Assembly (NCBI GenBank): GCA_024277355.1
Contig: JAJRVL010000001.1
Location: forward strand, 60,001 to 92,000
Reading direction: 5' to 3'
Origin: an archaeon
GTDB taxonomy: Archaea > Iainarchaeota > Iainarchaeia > Iainarchaeales > 1-14-0-10-31-34
Length of the DNA: 32,000 nucleotides
The stretch's first letter is position 1; the number at the start of each line of letters is the position of its first letter. Below the pieces are notes generated by a model. It saw only the letters and a program-made list of their open reading frames with translations, searched no databases and was not told the origin of the DNA. Below are positions 24,588 through 32,000 of the stretch, in pieces. The translations under genes were made by a program, and so were the position numbers.

Positions 24588-24726
24588 TTTTTTGTTGTAC
24601 CTGCTGGCTGTTATTGAACATTGGCTTAATTACAGTAATCAACAATAAAGCTGCAATAATCAAAACTATCAGCATGTAAACAGAATTCCATTCACTTTGA
24701 GCTTTTTGTTCTTTTAATAATTGCAT
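24577..24726 (-). CDS. Unlisted 49-aa pilin-like ORF (Flp/EpdE-sized small pilin candidate)
   Basis: Hand translation: MQLLKEQKAQSEWNSVYMLIVLIIAALLLITVIKPMFNNSQQVQQKIGG*. It has a K-A|Q-S-E class III-like site followed by a 20-residue hydrophobic helix. The ATG sits at the TSS predicted from the 17-nt promoter motif. Its last codons provide the GGAGGT SD for the next gene. Confidence 0.45.
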   Translation of the reverse strand: MQLLKEQKAQSEWNSVYMLIVLIIAALLLITVIKPMFNNSQQVQQKIGG

Positions 24727-24744
24727 AAACAAAATAACGTTAAA

Positions 24745-24761
24745 GAAATATTTAAAGGTTT
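24745..24761 (-). promoter_or_regulatory. Promoter motif copy 1 (minus strand AAACCTTTAAATATTTC; TATA box TTTAAATA)
   Basis: A 17-nt sequence identical to 25364-25380. The TATA centre is about 26 nt upstream of ATG 24726, a leaderless configuration. Confidence 0.45.
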
Positions 24762-24768
24762 TTAAAAT

Positions 24769-24804
24769 AAAAAAAATAGAAAAGAATGAATTAATTCATT
24801 CTTT
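24769..24804 (-). terminator. Perfect 24-nt palindrome (AAAGAATGAATTAATTCATTCTTT) followed by T8 on the minus strand
   Basis: The palindrome (24781-24804) was verified base by base. It starts within the stop codon of the pilin gene. The minus-strand tail is TCTATTTTTTTTATTTT. Confidence 0.5.
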
Positions 24805-25333
24805 ATTCATCAGATCTCATTAAAACCATTAAACAGGCTTTAAGTCCAGAAGGGAAATTGCATGAACTAGTGCTAAAATTTGTGTTTTTTAAGACAGCTG
24901 TATTATCAGTAATAAATGCATCATCTAACTGGCTTTGTGGAGCACAAATTCCTGCTAATTTAACTCTTACAGTTGAATCACCAGTATAAGTAATTAAACT
25001 TTGAGCTGAATTAACTGTAAACTCAGAACTTAAACTATCTGCTAAACCTAAACAAATTTGTTCATTATCTAATCCAATTTTATTTGCTAAAGCCGCAGCA
25101 CTAATACTGTTTTCTTTTTTAAAATCTAATTTCTTTGAAACTTTTTCAGTATAAGTTGATTTATCAATGTCATTCAATAAATTTTCTGCTGCTTTAGACG
25201 GGTCGGTGTTTGGATTAAAATCAATTATATTTAAAATCTGTAAAAGCAAAGTCAAAATTACAATTGCAACAATTGCAGAAATTAATAATTTAAATACACT
25301 AAATTCCTGTCCCTTTTGATTTAAGTTAAACAT
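24803..25333 (-). CDS. Type IV pilin (class III signal peptide), with its own promoter and terminator; candidate abundant pilin
   Basis: N-terminus MFNLNQKG|QEFSVFKLLISAIVAIVILTLLL. The track extends to GTG 25360, but that codon is only ~10 nt from the TATA box. ATG 25333 is preceded by GGTGA. Confidence 0.8.
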   Translation of the reverse strand: MFNLNQKGQEFSVFKLLISAIVAIVILTLLLQILNIIDFNPNTDPSKAAENLLNDIDKSTYTEKVSKKLDFKKENSISAAALANKIGLDNEQICLGLADSLSSEFTVNSAQSLITYTGDSTVRVKLAGICAPQSQLDDAFITDNTAVLKNTNFSTSSCNFPSGLKACLMVLMRSDE

Positions 25334-25363
25334 TAAAAAATCACCAATAATAAAAAACACAAT

Positions 25364-25380
25364 GAAATATTTAAAGGTTT
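25364..25380 (-). promoter_or_regulatory. Promoter motif copy 2 (minus strand AAACCTTTAAATATTTC)
   Basis: Identical 17-mer to 24745-24761. Located in the 30-nt gap between two pilin genes. Confidence 0.45.
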
Positions 25381-25390
25381 AGTTTTAAGA

Positions 25391-25885
25391 TTAAGAATTA
25401 GCTGTAGAAGGATTAATTCCAAAAGAAGCTAAACAACAAAATTCACAGGAAGAATCACAATTTAAAGTATCAGAATACGAAGAAAAATTAATGTTTTCAG
25501 GCTGGCATAAAATATAGAAATCTGTCTGAGTTTTTCTTGTAAAAACAACAATGTTTTTTTGAGGAAAATTAGGGTATTCAATCCACGAAACATTATCAGG
25601 AATATCAAATTCAACACACTGCTCCTGAATATTTAATGTTTTAGAAAAAACAATTGAATTAAAAACAAAGTTTTTTGACAACAAAACATTTTTTGCAACA
25701 AAAACACTTCCATCAGGAGACTGCGCGGAATTTTTTACTTTCTGCTGTATTGCCTGAACACTTGAAGTAATTCTATTGTTGTCTAAAAAATCAATTAAAG
25801 AAAAAATAATAACCAAAATAGCTAACGCTAAAATTGCGCCAATTAAAATATTAAATACTTCAAATTCCTGTCCTTTTGAATTCAT
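25391..25885 (-). CDS. Type IV pilin (class III signal peptide), paralog of the 24803-25333 pilin
   Basis: N-terminus MNSKG|QEFEVFNILIGAILALAILVII. C-terminal Cys cluster. Its start directly abuts the stop of the platform gene. Confidence 0.8.
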   Translation of the reverse strand: MNSKGQEFEVFNILIGAILALAILVIIFSLIDFLDNNRITSSVQAIQQKVKNSAQSPDGSVFVAKNVLLSKNFVFNSIVFSKTLNIQEQCVEFDIPDNVSWIEYPNFPQKNIVVFTRKTQTDFYILCQPENINFSSYSDTLNCDSSCEFCCLASFGINPSTANS

Positions 25886-28051
25886 TCAAGCAAAACCGCC
25901 TACAACAGTATTTGCAGCAATAATTGAAATAACAAAAACAATCAAAGCAATAGGCAAGGCCTTAGCAATTCTAAGCAAAGCTAAAACATCATTGTCTTCT
26001 TCTAATTTAGAAGTAAAATAAGTTAAAATTACAACAACTTCAATTACATATAAAGCAATAATTAAAGTAAATTGAGCTGGACTTACAAGTGAAGCAAAAA
26101 CTTCTGGATCCATTTTAAAACTTGAAACAGAAGAAGAAAACGCAGAAATTTGTTCACCTAAACCTGAACCTACTCCAGCTGAACCTAAATCAAGATTACC
26201 TAAACCATCATCTAATCCCCCTAAAGAACCAGATGAAACAATTGAACCCATTGAAACCGTTACAATTTTCTGCAAAGCAGTAGTAATTCCCAATACAATC
26301 GGTGCAATAAAAACAGCCATAGTAGTCATAGTTGAAGTAATATCCTTAACTAAAATTGAAAGCATTTTATTTACTTTCTCTGAATTATTCAATTGCATTG
26401 ACAAAGACATTAAAGTTCTAGCTGAAACTTCTACTCCCATTTTAACTGAATCAACTAATAATTTCATTGAACTTTGAATAATATTTGAAGGATTATTTTT
26501 TAGTGAACCATAATTTGGATCAAAAACTGCATTGCTTAAAGGCATTCCTAAAAGATTAATATTGTCAACTGTTTTGCCAAAAATTTTCTGGGAAATAACA
26601 TAATCAGGCAAAAAATTTTGAGCATGCCTTAAAGCTTCTTCTATTGGTTTATTTTCCCCCATACGGGAAGCAATGACATAAAGTGAATCCTTGAATTCAG
26701 ATTCCATTACCATTGTTTCTTCCTGAATTTTTCTTTTATAAACATTAGTAAAATTAAAGTAAATGAAAAACAAAAAAGCAAAAGTAATCAAAGAACCAAA
26801 AATTAAATTATAAGGAGTAGTGTCATTTTCAGGTATCATAAAAAACATTGTTTTTTCCAAAGAATTTTGTTTTACTGCTCTTTCCAAAACAATTCCCCTG
26901 CTGGTTTTCTGCTGAATGTTTCCGCCGTCTTCATCAAACCAGTCAGCAGGTTTATTTACTCTTTCTAAAACAAATTCAGGAGTCCTGTCAGGAGCCAAAA
27001 TAATTGTTTTTTCTCCATCTAAATCAAATACAATTCCATTGAAATGAAAAAACGCAGTACCTAAACTTCCTAAAATCAAAACAGCAAGCATTACAATTCT
27101 TAAGTCAACAAAATTTTTTCCTAACTGCATCTGGAATTTTTTTGGAAGAGAAGGATGATCATCAGGAATTATTGGGGGTTCGTAAGTTGGAGGCCTGTTT
27201 CTTAAAACATTTAAAGCAAACAATAAAGTTGCAGCAGGAATAAGAAAATTATAAATAAAAATTAAAATTTCAGGTTTAGCTAAACCCTGCCCTGAAAAAG
27301 CAGAACCAATAGGCAGAACAATAATTAAAATTAAAGGCAATAAAACTCCTAAATAAAATAAAACTACAGTTGGCTGAGATAATTCTCTTGCATACTGCTC
27401 CATTTTATTTTTAATGCTTTCTAAAGTTTGCTCCATTGTTTTATCTAAAATCTGATAACGTTTTGCTTCAGTGTCTTCTAAAACTGAAGCACGAATCATC
27501 ATCAAAGAAGTCTTGAATTCAGAAGAAAATTTTCCCCAGCTATAAGCCATGTCATCCAAGCCTTCACTTAAAGTTTTATATATTCCTAATTCAACATTCC
27601 AGATTACTCTTTTGAAGTCTTCAGAAATTTTTCCTCTGCCATGCAAAGCAGCAAACTCAACTGCTTTCTCTAAGTTTGGAACCAACTTCATTGACATAAT
27701 CATATAACCCATTATTTCAGGAACATAAGTCAATGAACGAACCTGCTCTAATTTTGCTTCATTTAACGGGAATTTTTGAACAAAATTTACAGCAACATAA
27801 ACAACCAGAATTAAAGGCACAAATAAATAAAAGTAAGCCATTAAAGGATCGCCGATAAAACCAACAATTAAATCAAATACTCCAAAAACAAAAGATAAAA
27901 CAAATAAAATAAAAGCAAAAAAAACTGAAGCAATCATTGAAAATTTAATTGCAGCAGAAAATTCTTCAGGCGTTAAATTCCAGTTTAAAAAATCAACTGC
28001 TTCTTTGTATTTCTGAGAAAATTTTGCTCCTTTTCCAAGAGAAGGAAACAT
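25886..28051 (-). CDS. FlaJ/PilC/TadC-family polytopic platform protein (721 aa, enlarged)
   Basis: Two cytoplasmic helical T2SS-F-like domains (EKAVEFAALHGRGKISEDF...; PIEEALRHAQNFLPDYV...) alternate with TM bundles. Extra features: a soluble insert (~aa 340-420) and a Gly/Ser-rich loop (SGSLGGLDDGLGNLDLGSAGVGSGLG). Confidence 0.8.
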   Translation of the reverse strand: MFPSLGKGAKFSQKYKEAVDFLNWNLTPEEFSAAIKFSMIASVFFAFILFVLSFVFGVFDLIVGFIGDPLMAYFYLFVPLILVVYVAVNFVQKFPLNEAKLEQVRSLTYVPEIMGYMIMSMKLVPNLEKAVEFAALHGRGKISEDFKRVIWNVELGIYKTLSEGLDDMAYSWGKFSSEFKTSLMMIRASVLEDTEAKRYQILDKTMEQTLESIKNKMEQYARELSQPTVVLFYLGVLLPLILIIVLPIGSAFSGQGLAKPEILIFIYNFLIPAATLLFALNVLRNRPPTYEPPIIPDDHPSLPKKFQMQLGKNFVDLRIVMLAVLILGSLGTAFFHFNGIVFDLDGEKTIILAPDRTPEFVLERVNKPADWFDEDGGNIQQKTSRGIVLERAVKQNSLEKTMFFMIPENDTTPYNLIFGSLITFAFLFFIYFNFTNVYKRKIQEETMVMESEFKDSLYVIASRMGENKPIEEALRHAQNFLPDYVISQKIFGKTVDNINLLGMPLSNAVFDPNYGSLKNNPSNIIQSSMKLLVDSVKMGVEVSARTLMSLSMQLNNSEKVNKMLSILVKDITSTMTTMAVFIAPIVLGITTALQKIVTVSMGSIVSSGSLGGLDDGLGNLDLGSAGVGSGLGEQISAFSSSVSSFKMDPEVFASLVSPAQFTLIIALYVIEVVVILTYFTSKLEEDNDVLALLRIAKALPIALIVFVISIIAANTVVGGFA

Positions 28052-28111
28052 TTTGAAAACTTTTTTACAAAAAGAAACAAACCAGATTGGTTTTCTTTTA
28101 ACTAATTTTAT

Positions 28112-28210
28112 TTATCTTCCAAAATCTCTTTTAGAATAAGCAATTCCTTTATATAATTCTCCAGGAGAAACAGATTTCATTTCAGGTTTTTGCTGAATTT
28201 TTTTTCTCAT
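28112..28210 (-). CDS. Possible 32-aa coupled micro-ORF between the ATPase and platform genes
   Basis: Hand translation: MRKKIQQKPEMKSVSPGELYKGIAYSKRDFGR*. Its ATG overlaps the ATPase stop (ATGA). Its TAA is in frame with the platform ORF 60 nt downstream. Confidence 0.2.
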   Translation of the reverse strand: MRKKIQQKPEMKSVSPGELYKGIAYSKRDFGR

Positions 28211-30489
28211 TTTTTCTTCCTTCTGGAATAAAGTCTTTTAACAAATTCATTTTTGTACCAGAATTTCCATTTACCTAAAACTTCATCAAAATCAACTGAA
28301 CCATTTTCTTCTAATTGATCCTGCTTTAATAACATTAATTTGTTTGAAGCAGGAACAGTGTTTTCGGCTTCAAGTAATTCAGGAAACTCTAATTTGTTTT
28401 TTAATTCAACCATAAAAGATTTTGAATTAGCATTAGATTTAATTGAATCCCACATTGCAGTCATTGATAAACCTGAAGTTTTATGAATTTTATCAAACAA
28501 ACTTGATTCCTTTAAATTATCTTCCTGTAATTCCAGTTTGTCTTTTGATGCATCAAATAACATTAAATCTAATAAACCGCCTTCATGCAATGGATCTTTA
28601 ATCCATTCTTTTTTTACTTCAGTTATTTGGACAACTCTTCTATGCCTTTCTAAAGAACCGCCAAATCTAATTGGCCTTGCAACAACAACTATATCTGTTG
28701 CTTTAAAAGAAGTTGAAGGAACATTTAAGTCATTTACAACTCTGTCCCAAACACTGTAAGCTGAATCTCCATGAATTGTGCCTAACACAATATTTCCTGC
28801 TGCGCCAACTCTCATTGCTTCATATAAAACTCTTGCTTCAGTGCTTCTAACTTCTCCTAAAACTAAAGCTGAATCCCCTAATCTTAAAGCAGTTCTTAAA
28901 GCATCTTCAGGAGAAACTTCAGTTTCACTTTTAGCTGTTCCAATTGGAGCACGAGTTTTAAGTCTTTGAATATTAAAGCCGATTTCTTTCATATAAGAAA
29001 CAGGAATTTCAAGTGTGTCTTCCTGAACAATAATTCTTGTATTCTGAATTACTTCTAAAAGTAATGCCCCTAATAAAGAAGTTTTACCTGAACCTCTTGA
29101 ACCAGTTACAAGCATTGTTGATTGAGTATCAATAAAAAAAGACAATAATCCAGCTGATAAAGGAGACATAAAATCTTTGTCAATAAACTGAGGCAAAGTC
29201 CAAGGAGTCATTTTATGTAATCTAAAAGCAAAAGCTATTCCATCAGGAGACAAAGGTTTGCCTATTGTTGCAGTTCTTGTTTCTAACTCCTGCAAATCAT
29301 AATCTAATACTGGGTGGGCTTCATCAAAAGGTCTTCCGCTCATTGCCCTTAATTTTGAAACTAATGATTCAGCTTCATCTTCAGTATATAATATGTTAGT
29401 CTGGCATTGACCGTATTCTGAATGAACAACATACAAAGGTTTTTGTCCCATTGGCGCATCTAAATAAACATCAGTTAAATTTCTGTCACTTAACAAAATT
29501 TCAAGTATACCATAACCAACTGTATATCTTGCAACAATTTCACTTAATTCTTTTATTTCTTCTTTAGATAAAGAAATATTATTTTGTTTTGCTATATCAA
29601 AAATAGTGCTTTCATAAACTCTTTCAAAATATTTTCTGCTTTTAGCTATATTTGAAAGAGAAGTTTTTCCTGGCTGATAAGTCGCAACAATTTCTTTTGT
29701 TTTGCTTAAAACAAAATATTTTTCAGGAGGCAGAGTGTATTCAGGAGGATTTAAAAAATATAATTTTTCAACTTTGTTTGGATGCTTAAATATTTGAACA
29801 TTAGATTTTTTCACTGAATATTCATCTAATAATTCTAATGATTCTGCTTTTTCAAACATTAATCTTGAACCAATAAAAGAAGGTTTAACCTGAGCTTCAA
29901 AAAAAGAATAATATAATTGTTTTGTGTCAGGCATTTCTTCTAATTTAACTAAAATTTCTTTTGCTTTAGAAATTAAATCAGTTGACTCAAATTCTTCTTT
30001 TAAATAAAGCAAAGTTTTAACAAATTCTTTTGAACAAGAAGCATATTTTTCATTCTGCATTTTTTCTTTTTCTTTTCTTATTTCTGAAAGCAAAGTAATG
30101 TAAGCTAAAATTGGATCAAAAGCAATTAATTCATGAGAAATTTTAACTAATAAGTCATGCCTTAAACCAAAAAATTTTTCACAGTCGCTTCCTGTTTTGC
30201 CTAAATTGTCCACTCCCCATAAATTTTCTAATTCAAATTTTGGAACCAACTCTGAAATTTCTTTTAATAATTTAGTTTGCTTTTCATTGTAAACTCTTTC
30301 ATAAACTTCAGCCAACACAATCAAATCTGCTTCAACCTGAGACAAAATTGAAATTACATGATAACGGCATGCTTTATCATCAGTTAAAGAAGAAGAATAA
30401 ACACAATTCCTGCAGTCAAAAATTAAATGTCTTTTTCCGCCTGATTCTTTAACTGCATAGTCGCCTACTTCAAAGTTCCCTATCTTCAT
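28207..30489 (-). CDS. Type IV filament assembly ATPase (FlaI/PilB/GspE family) with a ~330-aa N-terminal extension
   Basis: Walker A GSRGSGKTS. Also RIIVQEDTLE, LVLGEVRSTEARVLYEAM and LGTIHGDSA. The N-terminal region has a CxxC-x13-C cluster (FDCRNCVYSSSLTDDKACRYH). Confidence 0.9.
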   Translation of the reverse strand: MKIGNFEVGDYAVKESGGKRHLIFDCRNCVYSSSLTDDKACRYHVISILSQVEADLIVLAEVYERVYNEKQTKLLKEISELVPKFELENLWGVDNLGKTGSDCEKFFGLRHDLLVKISHELIAFDPILAYITLLSEIRKEKEKMQNEKYASCSKEFVKTLLYLKEEFESTDLISKAKEILVKLEEMPDTKQLYYSFFEAQVKPSFIGSRLMFEKAESLELLDEYSVKKSNVQIFKHPNKVEKLYFLNPPEYTLPPEKYFVLSKTKEIVATYQPGKTSLSNIAKSRKYFERVYESTIFDIAKQNNISLSKEEIKELSEIVARYTVGYGILEILLSDRNLTDVYLDAPMGQKPLYVVHSEYGQCQTNILYTEDEAESLVSKLRAMSGRPFDEAHPVLDYDLQELETRTATIGKPLSPDGIAFAFRLHKMTPWTLPQFIDKDFMSPLSAGLLSFFIDTQSTMLVTGSRGSGKTSLLGALLLEVIQNTRIIVQEDTLEIPVSYMKEIGFNIQRLKTRAPIGTAKSETEVSPEDALRTALRLGDSALVLGEVRSTEARVLYEAMRVGAAGNIVLGTIHGDSAYSVWDRVVNDLNVPSTSFKATDIVVVARPIRFGGSLERHRRVVQITEVKKEWIKDPLHEGGLLDLMLFDASKDKLELQEDNLKESSLFDKIHKTSGLSMTAMWDSIKSNANSKSFMVELKNKLEFPELLEAENTVPASNKLMLLKQDQLEENGSVDFDEVLGKWKFWYKNEFVKRLYSRRKKK

Positions 30490-30588
30490 TTAAACCTAAA
30501 AAAATAGGTGAAACTTATATTAAAGTCTTTCTTAAAAGCAGAACAAATAACAAAATTAATAAACAAACAAAAACATAATTAGAATGAA

Positions 30589-31944
30589 ATGACACCAAAA
30601 AGAAAAATATCTAAACCTGTAAAAATAAAAAAATTCTTGTCAGGAGGAACACCAGCACAACAAATAGCAAAACAAACAGGATTTTCAGAAAGCAGATTAA
30701 ACCAAATAAAAACAAAACTAAAAAAACAAGGAGTTCACTTGCCAAAATATTCTTCAACAAAATGGAAAAGCAACAAAGGAAAGATGTTTCAAACAGCAAA
30801 AATAAGAAAAGCACTAATAACCAGTCCAACAAAAAAAACAATCAAAGAATTTTCAACACAACTAAAAACTAGCAAAACTCTAATCTCCGAAGTAATTAAA
30901 CAAATTAAAAAAGAGAATGAAATGTTAATAAAAAAAAGTTTAATTCCATTTGAAATTCAAGTGAAAAAACAAAATAAATTAAAATCAAAAAAAATACAAC
31001 TAATAAAAAAATTTTTGTTAGGGGAAACTCCTGTTTCACAAATAATAAAACAAACAGGGTTATCACAAGCCAGAGTAAGTCAAATAAAAATAGAATTAAA
31101 AAAGCAGGGAATTGAAATTCCTAAATATTCTTCAACACAATGGAAGAATTCAAAAGGAGACATTTACAAAATAAATCAAGTAAGAAAAGCATTAATTACT
31201 AATCCAACAAAACAAACACAAAAACAATACTCAAAACAATTAAAAGTTACTGGCGCCACAATTATTAATGCAATTAAACAAATCAAAAAAGAAAACAGAG
31301 AATTAATAAAAAAAAGAATAAAACCTTTTGAAATTCAAATAAAATCAGGACGCACAAAACCTATTCCTAAATTAACTAAAAAACAACAAGTATTACTAAA
31401 AGAAGCACAATCTTTTATTGATTACACAATAAACAAGTTTTCCTTCAAACACAAATTCAATACAGAAACAAAACAAGATTTTCAAGCAGAAGTTCAAAGA
31501 CAATTACCAAATATAATTAAAAAATTTAATTCAAAAGAATCATCATTAAAAACATGGGTAACACAAAAAATATATAGAATAAACCAAGATTTTAACATAC
31601 AAAGAGAAACACAAAAAACAGGACTATCAAGAATTGAAACAAAAATTGGAAGAAAAATAGAAGCATTTATTGCAGAGCAAACAAATCAAATACAACAACA
31701 AAAACAAAGACCAACAACATACCAAGAAACACAAAAAATACTTAAAAACGCAATCAAAGAAGTAAACAACACAAAACACTATGCAAAACAAATGCAAGCA
31801 AACCCAAAAAAATTCCCTAAAGGAAAACTCACATTAAAACAAGCAAAACAAATAATAAACGCAAGACAAACACAAAACACACAACAAAACATAGAAAATA
31901 TATACAAAAAAACAAACAAAAAAAATACAGCAAACTACAACTGA
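30589..31944 (+). CDS. Lys/Gln-rich putative DNA-binding protein with a tandemly duplicated double-HTH module
   Basis: Two 126-aa repeats, each containing two HTH-like stretches (TPAQQIAKQTGFSESRLNQIK / TPVSQIIKQTGLSQARVSQIK, and EFSTQLKTSKTLISEVIKQI / QYSKQLKVTGATIINAIKQI). The gene is divergent from the pilus operon. Confidence 0.65.
   Translation: MTPKRKISKPVKIKKFLSGGTPAQQIAKQTGFSESRLNQIKTKLKKQGVHLPKYSSTKWKSNKGKMFQTAKIRKALITSPTKKTIKEFSTQLKTSKTLISEVIKQIKKENEMLIKKSLIPFEIQVKKQNKLKSKKIQLIKKFLLGETPVSQIIKQTGLSQARVSQIKIELKKQGIEIPKYSSTQWKNSKGDIYKINQVRKALITNPTKQTQKQYSKQLKVTGATIINAIKQIKKENRELIKKRIKPFEIQIKSGRTKPIPKLTKKQQVLLKEAQSFIDYTINKFSFKHKFNTETKQDFQAEVQRQLPNIIKKFNSKESSLKTWVTQKIYRINQDFNIQRETQKTGLSRIETKIGRKIEAFIAEQTNQIQQQKQRPTTYQETQKILKNAIKEVNNTKHYAKQMQANPKKFPKGKLTLKQAKQIINARQTQNTQQNIENIYKKTNKKNTANYN
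30619..31347 (+). repeat. In-frame tandem duplication, period 378 nt (126 aa), two copies
   Basis: The KKFLSGGTP...PFEIQVKK block (aa 14-127) is colinear with KKFLLGETP...PFEIQIKS (aa 140-253). More than half of positions are identical by eye. Confidence 0.8.
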
Positions 31945-32000
31945 CAAAAATAACTCTTAAAAAATTGATTTAAATGAACAAAAACGATGCAGTAAAAGGA

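Noticed and set aside
31974-32000. ATG at 31974 opening a frame (MNKNDAVKG...) that runs off the window
   Set aside because: Only 9 codons are visible, which is not enough to support a gene call.

Overview
Strongly AT-rich, gene-dense fragment that reads as archaeal and most resembles a small-genome DPANN-type lineage. This assignment is inferred from gene content and was not computed. Supporting signals: an archaeal-type tRNA-Gln (A1-U72) with a non-canonical intron, class III (KG|Q) prepilin signal peptides, FlaI/FlaJ-type pilus machinery, a geranylgeranyl reductase, a PAC2/Pba chaperone ending in an HbYX tail, Shine-Dalgarno sites matching the archaeal anti-SD (GGAGGTGA), and TATA boxes about 26 nt upstream of start codons (leaderless-type). 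Left third (1-9.8 kb): housekeeping and envelope genes (OPT transporter fragment, DUF368, large FN3/Ig surface glycoprotein, geranylgeranyl reductase, UppS, DUF192), plus the intron-bearing tRNA-Gln directly behind a free-standing HTH-LAGLIDADG endonuclease gene. Middle (9.9-14 kb): a compact Tad-like module (ATPase plus split TadB/TadC-like platform) with no pilin gene, bracketed by two paralogous small membrane proteins. Then come a PAC2 chaperone and lysine-rich orphan genes. At 16.2-21.3 kb lies a two-gene module encoding a 1508-aa secreted, C-terminally anchored protein of no recognisable family and a polytopic membrane partner. It diverges from a poly-Lys/Glu protein ending in a four-CxxC zinc module. 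Right third (22.2-30.5 kb): a second, complete type IV filament operon with a 760-aa ATPase, a 721-aa platform protein and seven pilin-like genes. One of these is a 49-aa pilin-like ORF absent from the ORF track. Internal promoters share an identical 17-nt motif, and a perfect 24-nt palindrome plus T8 follows one pilin gene. The operon diverges from a Lys/Gln-rich protein with a tandemly duplicated double-HTH module. No rRNA, CRISPR array, transposase or reverse transcriptase was seen. All functional calls rest on motif recognition by eye; no database search was run.
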